A stretch of 64,000 nucleotides of DNA from Eledone cirrhosa (GCA_964016885.1 OZ024740.1:157852001-157916000), one strand, 5' to 3'; shown: positions 24,119 through 36,785, counted from the stretch's first letter. Program-made: numbers and translations. Notes: generated from the letters alone by a model not told the origin.

Positions 24119-27100
24119 TTTCTTTATTAACCACAAGGGTTTACATAAAGTAGACATTAAGGACAGTACAGAACAATACAGGACGGTACAAATGGGCATT
24201 TCTGCGTGTAAAACAACAAGAAACAGAGGATGTAATAATAGAACAATGAAAAAATTCCCCAATAGGGGGGAGACTTCCGAGGGACATTGGTGGAGAAAGC
24301 CCATTTAAAAGCCACAGTGACCCTGACCACCAGGGCAAGTGCCCTCTCCCAGTTTTCCACCTTTAATTTACAGACACATACTCAGAGTAGGCCCATTCAC
24401 TCGGGCCATTCTTGCCTCTCTCACCCATCTTTCAACAAAATGCTGGGAAGACAGCACTTCCCTTTCTACCCTGATTTTCCTTTTCAAATGAAATTTGAAA
24501 AAGTTAATCAGGGCATCACTGAAGAGGTAAGTGCTCGTCTTCAGCCCTTTCAAACGTGTCCACCATACTATCTCTTTCGCCATGGCCACCAGACAGATAA
24601 AAACTGCCTGCCCTTCCCGGCTAAAGGAAGAGGGCCGGGCAATCCTCACGATGGACTCAGCTGATAGCTGGAACCGTGCCACATGCGACAGCAGGTGTTC
24701 GACATAAACCCACAAGTCAGCAATGTTCGGACACTGGACGAGTGCGTGCAGGACGGTTTCGTCGCCCTGCGCACATCTCGGACATGCCCGGCTGACGGCA
24801 CCTCCATGCCTGTAGAGTTTATCCCGAACTGGCAAAGTTCCTCGGTAGCACTGCCAGGCCAGGGATTTCTGGAAGTTGTCCATAGGCCCCGGCCCGAAAG
24901 TTCTTCCGAAGAGATTGGCTAGTTGATTTTCGTCGACGCCTAGAGTTTCCCTAAGTACGTCGTCGCTCTTCCCCTCCACTAATCCTCTATAGAACACCAA
25001 GGTGGAGTTTGCACCGATCACATTGTCCGATTGGCCACGGCATTCCCAGCCCTCCACGTAGCGGGTGTTGACAGCAGATGGACCGCCTGACCATCGGGGC
25101 GCGTCCCTTCCACAAAAAGCGTAAGAGCAAACGCTCCAGCGCAGTCAGGCGGGGCTTAGGACAAGGTACGACGGTCAGGCGGTAGTAGATGACGGACGCG
25201 ATATACGCGTTAGCCACCTCCGCTCGACCTTTCAGGGATAGCTTCCTCTCGGCCCATTTCTGGGTGAGAGAAGCCACCCTGCTCGTCACCTCGTCCCAGT
25301 TTTTGTCCGTCTGGAGATCCGGACCGAACCAGACCCCGAGCAATTTAACTGGTCCGTCCGTCCAGCGCCCGACGACGCTGTTGGACGGCATGGACCTGCC
25401 TCTCCAGGTGCCGAGCTGCAGGCCCACTGACTTTTCCTGGTTGATCATTGCTCCTGTCACCGCTTCGTAATCTCTTAGTGTAGTGCCGATCGCCTCGATG
25501 TGTTTGGCGTTCGACACCACTACGGTGACATCGTCCGCATATGCTGACACGGATCTTCCGCATCCTAGTTCGCGCGGGACCCCCCTCAACGTCTCCAGTT
25601 TGTGCAGTAATGGCTCGAGAGACAATACGTACAAGAGGGGCGAGAGGGGACATCCTTGGCGGACCGAGCGCATGATGTTGAACGGTTCCGAAAGGTGACA
25701 GTTCACTCTCACCACAGAGCGATGTCGCTGTGCATGGCAGCGATCCAGCCTCTGAAGACGGGCCCAAAGCCAGCCGCCCTCAGGACTGCCGCTAGGTAAC
25801 GATGGTCGACCCTATCGAAAGCTTTCGACTGATCTAAATTGATCAAGGTCCCACCCGTGCCAGGTTCCCTAGCTACCCTCTCTACGATGTATCGCATGAG
25901 GTGGAGGTTGTCGTGGATGGATCTGTTGGGAATGGCGCATGTCTGCGCCTCTCCCACCAGACCACCAACGACAAGCGCCAACCTCTTTGCTAGCACTTTG
26001 GCCAAAATCTTGAACTCTGTGTTTAGCAGAGTTATGGGCCTAACATTATCTATGTTATACCCCTTGTTCGGGTCCTTTCTCAGCAGCGCCACAGCTCCTC
26101 GGCTCACAGAGCTGGGAATTCTCCCATTCTGTTGCCAGTCGCAGTAGACGTCCGCCAAGTGGTCTCCGAACAAGTCTGGCATCTGTACGTAAAATTTATA
26201 GGGCAGACCATCCAAACCAGGCGATTTACCCCTTGTGCAGCTAGTCATTGCCTCCCTTACTCCAGCGGCTGTTATCGGCTTTTCGCAACACTTTGCCTCA
26301 GTGGCCGAGAACCGCGGCAGTCCGTCGAGGTAGACACTAAAGTCCATCCCTCGATCCGGCCCGCGGCTGCCCCCGAACAACTGAGTGAAGTGTCGCTGAG
26401 AAGCTTCACACATTTGCTCGGGATCGAGTAGCATGCGCCCGTCGTGGTCCACCAAAGACCGGATCGTGGCTTTGTTGCCACGACGCGCCTCCGCCACTCG
26501 GGCCCATTGAACGGCTTTCATTCCCTCGTGTCTGAGAGCACGTACTCTAGCTCTGACAAGGCAGCCTACGTGCTTTGCATTGAAGAATTGGTCAAGGGCC
26601 AATTTCGCCGCAAGTACGTCGGTCGCGATGCCTTTGCTAAGCACCTCGTCTAATTTTTTAACTAATTCTCCCTCTGCTCTATTTTTCTCTATTGCTAAAG
26701 CCTTACTAAACCTAATGGACTCTATTCTAATTGCTCTTTTCAGAGAAAACCACCACTTGTTGTTGACGATGGCCCCGTCAACGCCCGCTTAACTAGTTCG
26801 CTAATCCGGTCTCTGTAGGCCTTGCGCGCTGGAAAGGGCGCGTTTAGCTTCCAGTAGCCGGGTCCTCGTCTATGAAGCCTATCTAAGTCAAGCACACAGA
26901 TCACGAATTTGTGGTCCGTGTAGCTGACTATCTTGAATTGTGGACAGCCTATGCTAGACCTATCTATTTCTCTACAAAATACTCTATCTAGATATGATCT
27001 GGATGACCCTATAGGATTTGTCCAAGTCCACATTGGCACATTCGGGAAATCCAATCGGTACCTGTCAGACAGTTCAAAACGCCTGAGCAGGTTGGTGAGG

Positions 27101-29793
27101 CTCTTGCACCCTCCTTCCCTATTCGTTAATCCCACACAGTCCCAGCGTGCATCTAAGATCCCGTTCCAGTCGCCCACTAACACTAAAGAGCGGGACGTTC
27201 CAAGAAAGGTCTCCAGACGCCGGAAGAAATCAGGCCGCCCTGCTCCTGTCGGGGCATACACGGCCACTAGCTTGAAAGCTTGGCCGTCTCCGCTGTCACG
27301 TCTAGCACCACCAACTTACCTTCTGGGTCCAGGAAGATGGCCCGTATGGCGAGATCCAAACCTCTCCGAAAAAACACACCAACTCCTCCCCCGATCCCGG
27401 ACGGCTGGGAGATGCGTACACATCGTAGCCGCCGAAGATCAGTGCAAAGGCCCGTGCTTCGGAGATTCTGGTCTCGCTGATGGCCACTACATCTATGTTT
27501 AGTGACCTGAGGTCGTTGAGCAGGTGGCCCTGCTTCCATGACGACCCCAAGCCACGCGCATTTATGCTGCCTATTCTGAGTGAGGTCATGTTGAAATGGA
27601 GCAGAAAAGATGGGAAAGACCACTTACCTTACTTCTCGTAGAGGAAGGATGGTGTGTCCATCCTTTTCACTGCTTGTGGCCTCCTCTGGAAGGATGTCCT
27701 TATAAATCCTCCTGGAGAGTGTTTGTCGGAAGTCTCCGATGTCTTTGGGGAATTTTTGTTTTAGTGTCGTGTACGTTTTCTGTGTGATGCGAGTGATTTG
27801 TATGTGTGGAGGTGGTGTGAACTTTTGGGTTGTTGTGTAGTCTTTTTCTGTGATGCTGGTGTTGTGTTGCATGTAGTGTAATAATTGGTTGTTGTTCAAA
27901 TTTAATGCTGTGTAGTGTGTATCGTTTTGGTTGTTTTGTTTTGTTTGCGTTTGTTGTGGGTTTGTTTCTGTTACGCTTTTTGGTGACTTTTGAAGTGTTG
28001 GTGATGGTGGTGTTTGAGGTTAATGATGGTGATGGTGTTGGTGTTTGTGGTGATGGGGTTGGTGATGCTGGTGTGGATGGTAGCATATCTGTCTTAACTT
28101 TCTTGTTTGCTAATTTATTTGTTTCCTTCTGTATTTTGTTTTTGGAGGGGGAGGGAAGAGAATTTTTTCTTTTTTGGTTTCTTTTTTTCTCTTTTCCTGA
28201 TACCGTTTCCCACTCCTCGTCGTCACAATCTGTCTCCTGTTGCGATAAGCCGGGGAGTGGAAAATCCTCCACAGGCGTTGGTTTTGGTTGTGGCGTGGTG
28301 TATGGTGTAGGCGCTGGTGCTAGTTCTGGGGCGTTGGGTGGTGGTGGTGTTGGTTTTGCTACTGTTGCTGGGGTTGTTGCTGTTACAGTTGCTTCTGTTG
28401 TTGCTGCTACAGTTGTTGCTGCCATTTCTGCTGCTGCTGGTGGTGTTGATGGTTGAGTCACTGGGGTGGGTAAGAGAGCTGGCCTCAACCTTTTAGCCTG
28501 AGGGCAAAAAGCCCTTAGGTGGGTTCCTTCACCACAAACGACACACCTAGGTCTTCTGCCCTCGACGATTACGGTGAGGTGGCTGCCGTTAGTGAGGTCT
28601 ATTACCTCTGGGATCTCCTCAATGCTTTTATGGTCCGCTTGGATCAGGAGCTCCATCCCAGATCCGGACCAGTTCTCCTGCTTTTCTTTTGCTATTTCTA
28701 TTATTTTGGTGTTGGCCTCGATGCCGGCGAGGACGGCAGCCATTAGCCAGGGAATTTCGATGGCCGGTGGAACGTGGGTCACCCTGATCTTCACAAGTCT
28801 CTGGTGACAATAGCTTGGGATGAGTGTGAAGTCGTCACTTCTTAATGGGGCCATGGAGTGTTCTCTCGCCTCCTGTGGTGTTTCAAAGAACACGTCCACG
28901 GTTCCATACTTCTGCCCACGTCTGATGTGGGTTTTTTTTGCCCACACATGTCCCAAAGCTTTTGGGATTTGGGACTCGTATGCCCGTTCCACTCGGCGCG
29001 ATTTTATGTTAATTGTCCGATAAGACACGGTGCATAGGCGACGTTGCTCCATTTTATTAGGTGTGGGGGGGGACCCTGTACCCATCTTTCTTTACCATTC
29101 CTTTGGCTTCGTCTAATTCCTCCTGAGTTACCTGGATCGCTTCGCACGTTTTTGCTACTCTGGCAAAACTCAGGGTAGTTTTCTTAATTTCATTGTTGGT
29201 GTTGTTGTTATCGTTATTTTTGCTATTGTTAATTTTAGTTTCAGTTGTGGTGGTGGTGGCGTCAGTGGTGTTCGGTGTGGAAGAGTTCATTTTGGTTGAA
29301 TTCATTTCGATATCACGAGTTAATTTATTTTTTCTTTTGTTTCTGTTGTCGCTGTGGTGGTGGTGGAGGTGGTGGTTGTCGCGGTGGTGGTGGTGGTGGT
29401 GGCGGCTTTAACACCTGCAGTCATTGGTAATGGCGGGAAATGAACGTCTGCCTGAGACAAATTTAAAATATTGCTACTGCTTACAATTCCAGTGATGGCA
29501 AACGTAGCAATATTTACAATGGTGGTGTCGGTGTGAGGTGTTGGATTGTGAGGAAGGAGTGAATCTGAGTCATCCATTATTTTTCAAAGAAACGTTTTTT
29601 GTTTGATAATTATAAAAAGTTTAAATTTTGGGCTCAAGGCCTCAATATTTTTGAGTGTCCTTTTCAGAAATCAATGAATGTGCACTTATATACAGTTAAC
29701 AATAAAAATTTTCCATAAATGGCAATTTTAAATAACTGAAAATAACAAACCTTTGCGGAGCTCACGACGATACGATTTACTACGTAGATCGCC
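24118..29793 (-). mobile_element. Second Tx1/L1-clade LINE, apparently full-length but frameshifted, in (TAA)n
   Basis: ORF1 pieces 29577-27624 (CVVCGEGTHLRAFC knuckle); ORF2 pieces 27589-24368 homologous to 12710-16147 (YADD, QGCPLSP, CPRC); (AAT)n on both flanks. Confidence 0.92.
24368..27589 (-). pseudogene. Frameshifted ORF2 (APE-RT-CCHC) of second Tx1 element
   Basis: Split over at least 5 ORF pieces; roughly 200 nt missing after GLGMPW relative to element 1. Confidence 0.9.
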
Positions 29794-29831
29794 AATAATA
29801 ATAATAATAATAATAATATTAATAATAATAA

Positions 29832-32800
29832 TCAGCTAATGGTTCAAACCTTCCCATCACTTCGGAGCTGGAGACCTCTCATAACCGGAATACTCCTACT
29901 GTTGGCCCTCCATGCTCACCACCAAGAAATCCAAAGAAAAAGAGAGAAAAATGGTCAAGGGAAGATATTAAAGAAGTCCTTGAGGCTTTCTACACTGCCA
30001 TGTACTACCCATCAAATAGATCGAATACAGAACAAACATATATCAACTGGAAAAAGAAACATCCCGAAAACAGAGGCTATATTGAGAGTAACAAACTAGC
30101 CAATATTCGAAGAAATATTGTAAAAAAAAAGTTACTAGCTGATATAGAAATTGATCAGATCAAGCTATTAGCACAAAGTCAGCGAAGGGGAAATGAAACA
30201 TGTGTCAGTGAAAACGGGGTAAATTGTAACACTTCGAATCCCAGGGTTGGGGCGGAATCACTGACAACAGAACAAATTAAAGAAAGGATCGAAAAGGTGG
30301 AGGGAGTGCATGCTCAAGATGAAACACAAAATGAAAACAATGAGATCGTAAATGATAAAGAAATGAATGAGAATGAACTTGCCAACTTGAAGAATGAAAT
30401 TATGATCGAATGGATGAAAATGAAAGAATCTGACATGGGGGAACGAGACACCCTCCCTAAGATCCAGAACTCCAAACAGAACCAAAAGATAATACACAAG
30501 ACTAACATAATTCTCAAAAACATTATCATCACAAACAAACTAGACATTACTGATTTAAATCATCTCTATTATGCATCGGCTAAAGTCACCACTCACTTAT
30601 GTGGAGTGAAGATGAAAAAACAAAGGAATTCCCACAAGAAATCTACTTGGCAAGAGAACATCAATCACCAAATAAACCTTCTCCGATCTGACATAGAAAT
30701 TTTAACAAACTATAAAGTAGGTGAACATGTTAAACAAACTAAACTTAGAAAATTGAAAAGAAAGTACAGTATAAAATCAACAAGTGACATAGACATGCTG
30801 ATAGAAATAATCAAGCAAAAAGTGTCGGCCAAAGCTGCTCGTATAAGGCGCTTTGAAAAACGATCTAGATTCTATAAGGACAATAATATGTTCAAAAACA
30901 ACCAAAGAAACTTCTACAGAAAAATTGGTAAGTCAACAATAACTGCTAAATCAATACCACCCAAGGAGGAAGTGCAAGAATTCTGGGAAAAGATCTGGGC
31001 CGTAGAAAAAGTTCATAATATACATGCCCCATGGATAGACAGACAAATGAAAGATACAGCTCACCTTGAGGAACAAATATGGGAAAATATAACAGTTGAA
31101 CAGTTGCGTTTGGCTCTTAGAAAAACCAGCCAATGGAAATTCCCAGGAAAAGACAAAATACAAAATTTTTGGATAAATGCCTTCACAGAGTCTCATGAGC
31201 TGTTAGTCCAACTTTACAATGAAATAGTTAAGGAGCCAGAAAATATACCATCATGGCTAGTTAACGGCATTACATTCCTGCTTCCGAAGAATGATGAGAC
31301 AAACAATCCCAAAAATTACAGACCGATAACTTGCTTGACCACAATGTATAACATTTTAACATCAGTCCTAACTGGATATACATATGACCACCTGATAACA
31401 AATGACCTATTTCCCATTGAGCAGAAAGGGTGTAAACGAGGCTCATATGGCTGTAAGGATCAGCTTTTGGTTAACAAAATGATACTGGAAGATTGTCATA
31501 ATAGACACAAAAATCTATCAATTGCTTGGATAGATTATAAAAAAGCATGCGATAGTTTGCCACACAGTTGGATTGAAAAATGTTTAGAGATTTTCAAAAT
31601 ATCTCCCGTTGTCAGGAGGTTTTTGTCATTCAGTATGAAGACATGGAAAACGACACTCCTTTTGAATAGTGAAACAAAATCACTGGAAGCTGGAGAAGTT
31701 AATATTAATTGTGGAATTTTTCACGGTGACTCTTTATCACCGCTTTTATTCTGCATCGCACTTTTACCATTAAGTAAAATGTTCAATGAAACAAAACATG
31801 GATATAAAGTCTATAACAAAACCATTAATCACTTGTTCTACATGGATGACCTGAAACTATTTGCAAAAAATGATGAACAGTTGCAAGGGCTATTATCCAC
31901 TGTGGAGCAGTTCAGTGATGACATTAAAATGGAGTTTGGACTAGATAAATGCGCCAAAGCAACGTTCACCAGAGGAAAGCTGCTGAAAAGTTCAGACATT
32001 AATCTTGATCGGGGGAATGTGATAAGAGAACTTGATCAAGAGGAAACTTACAAATATCTAGGTGTTTGTGAAGGAGACGGAATGAAGCACTCGACAATGA
32101 GGGAAAGGATAAGGAAGGAATGTTACCGCAGAGTAAGAGCAATCTTAAGAACGGAATTGAATGCAGGGAATAGGATCGATGCCATAGACACGCTTGCCAT
32201 ACCAGTAGTAACCTACAGTTACAATGTCATCAACTGGTCAAGCACAGAGATCCGTAGGCTCGATATAAAAATTCGAAAATTCTTAACCATGCACAGAATG
32301 CATCATCCTAAGGCAGATACAGATAGAATATATCTCCCTAGGAAAGAAGGAGGACGTGGGTTAATCCAGTTAGACATTGCGTTGAAAACTGCAACAATTG
32401 GATTATCTACATATCAAAGGGAATCACATGATTGGATGATCAAACTCGTTTTGAAACAGGAAAGCATCAAAAGATCATACTCCATTACAAAAGATGCACA
32501 AAGATACAGTAATGGACTACAAATTTCAGAAGTCCCATTTACTGCTGAAACGGAAAACACAGAAAAAGCAAAGCAGGTAAAAGTAACTGCAAAGAAAGAA
32601 CTGCTACAGAAACTGACTAAGAAATGGCAAGAAAAGCCTCTGTATGCAAAATACCCAGAACGAGCTAACAATCCTGATGTTGACAAAACTTTAACCCATC
32701 AGTGGTTTGCATCCTCTGGACTGAAATCGGAGACTGAAGGACTGATTATATCGGCACAAGATCAGTGTCTGCCAACAAAAAATTACCAAGCCAACGTAAT

Positions 32801-33534
32801 AAAAAATGGATGCATCCCATTATGCCGTGTATGTAAAAAACAACCAGAGACCATTGACCATATAATTTCAATGTGCAGTCCTATAGCTCCAACCGAATAC
32901 CTAAAAAGGCATGACAGAGCTGCACAATACATACATTGGATAATGTGTAAGCATTTTGACCTACCCCATCAAAAGAATTGGTGGGAGCATCAACCACCTC
33001 CCATACTTGAAAAAGATCACATCTCAATCTTGTGGAACTTTAGCATCCAAACAGACCGAAAAATAGATGCAAATAGACCTGATATAATACTGAAGGACTT
33101 TAAAAAGAGGGTATGCCTGCTAATTGATATGTCCGTTCCAATAGACAAGAATGTATCTATAAAAACATTTGAAAAGTTGCGCAAGTATAAGGATCTGGAG
33201 ATAGAAATTGGAAAAATGTGGAAATTGAGAACTAAAACAATACCAGTGGTTGTAGGCGCTCTAGGAATGATACCTAGGGGGTCTAATGATTACTTATCGC
33301 AAATCCCAGGAAACCCGCGTATAGGAGAAATACAAAAGATAGTACTAATGGGAACTGCCCATATACTAAGGAAGATTCTGTCAATATAAGTACATCACAA
33401 GTCTAAACACTAAAGATGCATGTGTGAGTATGTATGTTCTTTCTTGAACATGGCGGACATTGTTGTCTCTTGAGGTCACTGGTTGTGACTTGGTGATAAC
33501 TCGTATGAACATAAAGCAAGATAAATGCAGCTGT
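29832..33534 (+). mobile_element. R4/Dong-type RLE non-LTR retrotransposon, 5'-truncated, in (TAA)n
   Basis: Single long ORF with RT, CCHC and PD..D-K endonuclease; (TAA)n at 29794-29831 and 33534-33559. Confidence 0.92.
30000..33389 (+). CDS. RT + zinc knuckle + restriction-like endonuclease polyprotein (frame open back to 29832)
   Basis: NYRPITCL, EQKG, GDSLSP, YMDD, CRVC...ETIDHI..C, RHD, NRPDI..D..P..K..KY, PVVVGALG; upstream in-frame KWSREDIKEVLEAFY. Confidence 0.9.
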   Translation: MYYPSNRSNTEQTYINWKKKHPENRGYIESNKLANIRRNIVKKKLLADIEIDQIKLLAQSQRRGNETCVSENGVNCNTSNPRVGAESLTTEQIKERIEKVEGVHAQDETQNENNEIVNDKEMNENELANLKNEIMIEWMKMKESDMGERDTLPKIQNSKQNQKIIHKTNIILKNIIITNKLDITDLNHLYYASAKVTTHLCGVKMKKQRNSHKKSTWQENINHQINLLRSDIEILTNYKVGEHVKQTKLRKLKRKYSIKSTSDIDMLIEIIKQKVSAKAARIRRFEKRSRFYKDNNMFKNNQRNFYRKIGKSTITAKSIPPKEEVQEFWEKIWAVEKVHNIHAPWIDRQMKDTAHLEEQIWENITVEQLRLALRKTSQWKFPGKDKIQNFWINAFTESHELLVQLYNEIVKEPENIPSWLVNGITFLLPKNDETNNPKNYRPITCLTTMYNILTSVLTGYTYDHLITNDLFPIEQKGCKRGSYGCKDQLLVNKMILEDCHNRHKNLSIAWIDYKKACDSLPHSWIEKCLEIFKISPVVRRFLSFSMKTWKTTLLLNSETKSLEAGEVNINCGIFHGDSLSPLLFCIALLPLSKMFNETKHGYKVYNKTINHLFYMDDLKLFAKNDEQLQGLLSTVEQFSDDIKMEFGLDKCAKATFTRGKLLKSSDINLDRGNVIRELDQEETYKYLGVCEGDGMKHSTMRERIRKECYRRVRAILRTELNAGNRIDAIDTLAIPVVTYSYNVINWSSTEIRRLDIKIRKFLTMHRMHHPKADTDRIYLPRKEGGRGLIQLDIALKTATIGLSTYQRESHDWMIKLVLKQESIKRSYSITKDAQRYSNGLQISEVPFTAETENTEKAKQVKVTAKKELLQKLTKKWQEKPLYAKYPERANNPDVDKTLTHQWFASSGLKSETEGLIISAQDQCLPTKNYQANVIKNGCIPLCRVCKKQPETIDHIISMCSPIAPTEYLKRHDRAAQYIHWIMCKHFDLPHQKNWWEHQPPPILEKDHISILWNFSIQTDRKIDANRPDIILKDFKKRVCLLIDMSVPIDKNVSIKTFEKLRKYKDLEIEIGKMWKLRTKTIPVVVGALGMIPRGSNDYLSQIPGNPRIGEIQKIVLMGTAHILRKILSI

Positions 33535-33840
33535 AATAATAATAATAATAATAATAATATTTGGCAGATAAGGAAACAAACATTAATAAAAGAATCAAAG
33601 CTGAAACACAGTAAATTTGACATAAGGAAACTTTACAACCACTAGGCTTACGCCCCCCCCCCCCCCCCCCTACCTCCCCAAAACAGATAATAGCTAAGTC
33701 TAGGGGCCAAATTAATTTTGTAGATGGAATTATACAGTAAATGCTGCTGTCCCAAAGGTGGTTTACCATGGAACTTGCGGAATATCTGTAGGAACAAAAG
33801 CTTATCTTATTTAGTGTCCTATCTCTCGGAACTTGTCCAA

Positions 33841-33841
33841 G

Positions 33842-33873
<32 letters not shown>

Positions 33874-34076
33874 TGTATGTATGTATGTATGTATGTATTT
33901 ATGTATGTATGTATGTATGTATGTATGTATGTATTTATGTATGTATGTATGTATGTATGTATGTATGTATGTATGTATGTATGTATGTATGTATGTATGT
34001 ATATGAGTGTGTCTGTCTATATCTGTAGATATATGTATATATAATATTTTTGTATAAATATATATGTATGTATATG

Positions 34077-34172
<96 letters not shown>

Positions 34173-34232
34173 TGTGTCTGTCTATATCTGTAGATATATG
34201 TATATATAATATTTTTGTATAAATATATATTG

Positions 34233-34281
<49 letters not shown>

Positions 34282-34282
34282 G

Positions 34283-34318
<36 letters not shown>

Positions 34319-34395
34319 CATATACATATATATATATATTCATATATATATATATGTATATATACATATATATACATATATATACATATATATAC

Positions 34396-34480
<85 letters not shown>

Positions 34481-34514
34481 CATATACATACATATATATA
34501 TACACATATATATA

Positions 34515-34545
<31 letters not shown>

Positions 34546-34628
34546 TTCGAGAGAGAGAGATAGAGAGAGAGAGAGATAGAGAGATAGATAGAGATAGAGA
34601 GAGAGAGGGGGGGGGAGAGAGAGAGAGG

Positions 34629-34695
<67 letters not shown>
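33841..34695. repeat. (TATG)n/(TA)n/(GA)n microsatellite block with an internal ~60-bp tandem duplication
   Basis: ATGAGTGTGTCTGTCTATATCTGTAGAT... occurs at about 34003 and 34168. Confidence 0.9.
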
Positions 34696-34696
<1 letters not shown>

Positions 34697-34984
34697 TATT
34701 GTATGTGCATATATTGAGAGAGAATATTATATTAGTAATAGAGAGTCAGAAGAGGATATGAAATAACATAAAAAACACAAAAAAAAATATATATGTAGTA
34801 ATCTATATATTGGCGTGACAGTTGAAAAAAGTCACATGATTGGTTGGTTTATTGGTGGGTGAACAGAAAGACGGTTGATTAATTTTATAGCAATATTTTA
34901 ATTAAACTTCTGGTCTATCATTCTCAATTTACCCATCTGCCTCTCATTCTGTATGTATATATATATATATGTATATATATATAC

Positions 34985-35075
<91 letters not shown>

Positions 35076-35108
35076 GTTAAAAGAATAGAGGTGTAACACA
35101 CAAGTTAT

Positions 35109-35507
35109 TATATATTGGTAAACGGAATAGAAAATGCTGACAAATTGTTCACAGTTGAAAAATGGTTTAATTAGGAATAAAAGAGTATTAGTGATTGTAT
35201 GGGTTAGTATTCAGTTGTGGTTTTAAGTTTTTAAGTTTTTACCGGTTGCGCATTTCTAAATGCTTTTCAAAAATAATTTTGAGGTAGAGTGTCCGTGCTG
35301 TTTGCTCTGATCAAACAGCACGGACACTCTATCTCAAAATTATTTTTGAAAAGCATTTAGAAATGCGCAACCGGTAAAAACTTAAAAACTTAAAACCACA
35401 ACTGAATACTAACCCATACAATCACTAATACTCTTTTATTCCTAATTAAACCATTTTTCAACTGTGAACAATTTGTCAGCATTTTCTATTCCGTTTACCA
35501 ATATATA
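35109..35507. repeat. Near-perfect ~196-bp-arm palindrome with 7-nt loop
   Basis: 35109-35304 is the reverse complement of 35312-35507, with one mismatch seen (GAGGTAG vs GAGATAG). Confidence 0.95.
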
Positions 35508-35706
35508 TATTTCAACCTGTTAGTTTTTTCGTTACTTTGGTATTGTGTGTTAGGTTTTGCCTACCACAATGTTCAATTTGTCAAGCTATTTAAACGTATG
35601 TTATTACTCTAAGGACCTACCCTTGTCAAGTGCTTTGCTAACTCATTCATATTGTAGGTAGAATTTGCTTGCCCACAGCCAAAGTTTCGATTTTACTAAG
35701 CCTCCA

Positions 35707-35804
<98 letters not shown>

Positions 35805-35956
35805 CACACACATATATATGTGTGTGTGTGTATGTGTATATGTGTGTGTGTATGTGTGTGTGCGTGTGTGTGCGTGCGTGCATGTGTGTGTGTATGAATG
35901 TATGTATGTATGTATGTATGTATGTATGTATGTATGTATGTATGTATGTATGTATG

Positions 35957-36563
35957 TCAGGTCACCAGTTGGTGCTACTGGTAACATGTATACCAGTACA
36001 ACCTGTCCCGTGGTCGGGTCGTTGGCGACTAAACTGGCAACCCCACCAAGGTTTCTTGGTGAGGAGGGTGACTTTGGACATCCTGCAGGACTAAAAACAA
36101 AACCTGTCAAAGGGCAAAGGAGCTCTTAAGAGTCAATGGCCATCCAAAATATCCGGGAGAGATGACCCCTTAGCCTTTATCATGGCAGAATTCTAGGAGA
36201 AGGAGAACTCTGATATAACACCTGCAGCCCTGATGGTATCCAATGATGTTGACTTGTTCTTCTTTTTGGTAAATATCATCTTGGTTCAGAGAGTGGGACT
36301 GGCTTTGTGCAATGCTTTTGCTCACTATAAAAGCTTCACGGCACAGGCATTGCTTTATGTCTGGAGATCTCTCTGCACTTGTCGTCACATGATACCATGG
36401 GCCCAGCACTATGTGTCAATAATTGTCACAAGTGTAATGTTTGTACCAGAGTTTTCAAGTCGCTGGCTGGACTAAAAAGTCACACTCGTTCAGCGCATCG
36501 GTAGGAGTTCTCCTACATGGATATAAAGTAGTGGCCATACTCGAAAACGAGTTGGCAGCCACC
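35957..36563 (+). mobile_element. 607-bp RTE-derived element, full-length copy 2
   Basis: Near-identical to 7134-7740; preceded by (TATG)n. Confidence 0.85.
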
Positions 36564-36609
36564 ATGTATATATATGTGTGTGTGAAATGTCCTTCAAACA
36601 GACTACAAC

Positions 36610-36671
<62 letters not shown>

Positions 36672-36712
36672 AATACTAAATAATTGCATAAAGTCTCATA
36701 TTAAAATATATA

Positions 36713-36785
36713 CCCCAAAAAATGTATACACGTATTTATTAGAATTCTGTTGAAGTGTGTATACATTTTTTGGGACACCCTGTAT
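36713..36785. mobile_element. Tiny Tc1/mariner-type MITE remnant
   Basis: CCCAAAAAATGTATACAC ... GTGTATACATTTTTTGGGACACCCTG-TA; left TIR truncated. Confidence 0.6.

Noticed and set aside
23080-24120. Pro/Thr/His-rich mucin- or extensin-like coding potential
   Set aside because: Simple ACC/AAC repeat with frequent TAG stops and no splice context
35990-36040. HDV-like ribozyme reading of GG-GUCG-UUGG-CGAC-UAA-ACUGG
   Set aside because: P2 and P4 fit, but P1 and P3/L3 could not be closed; twister-like reading kept as a candidate instead
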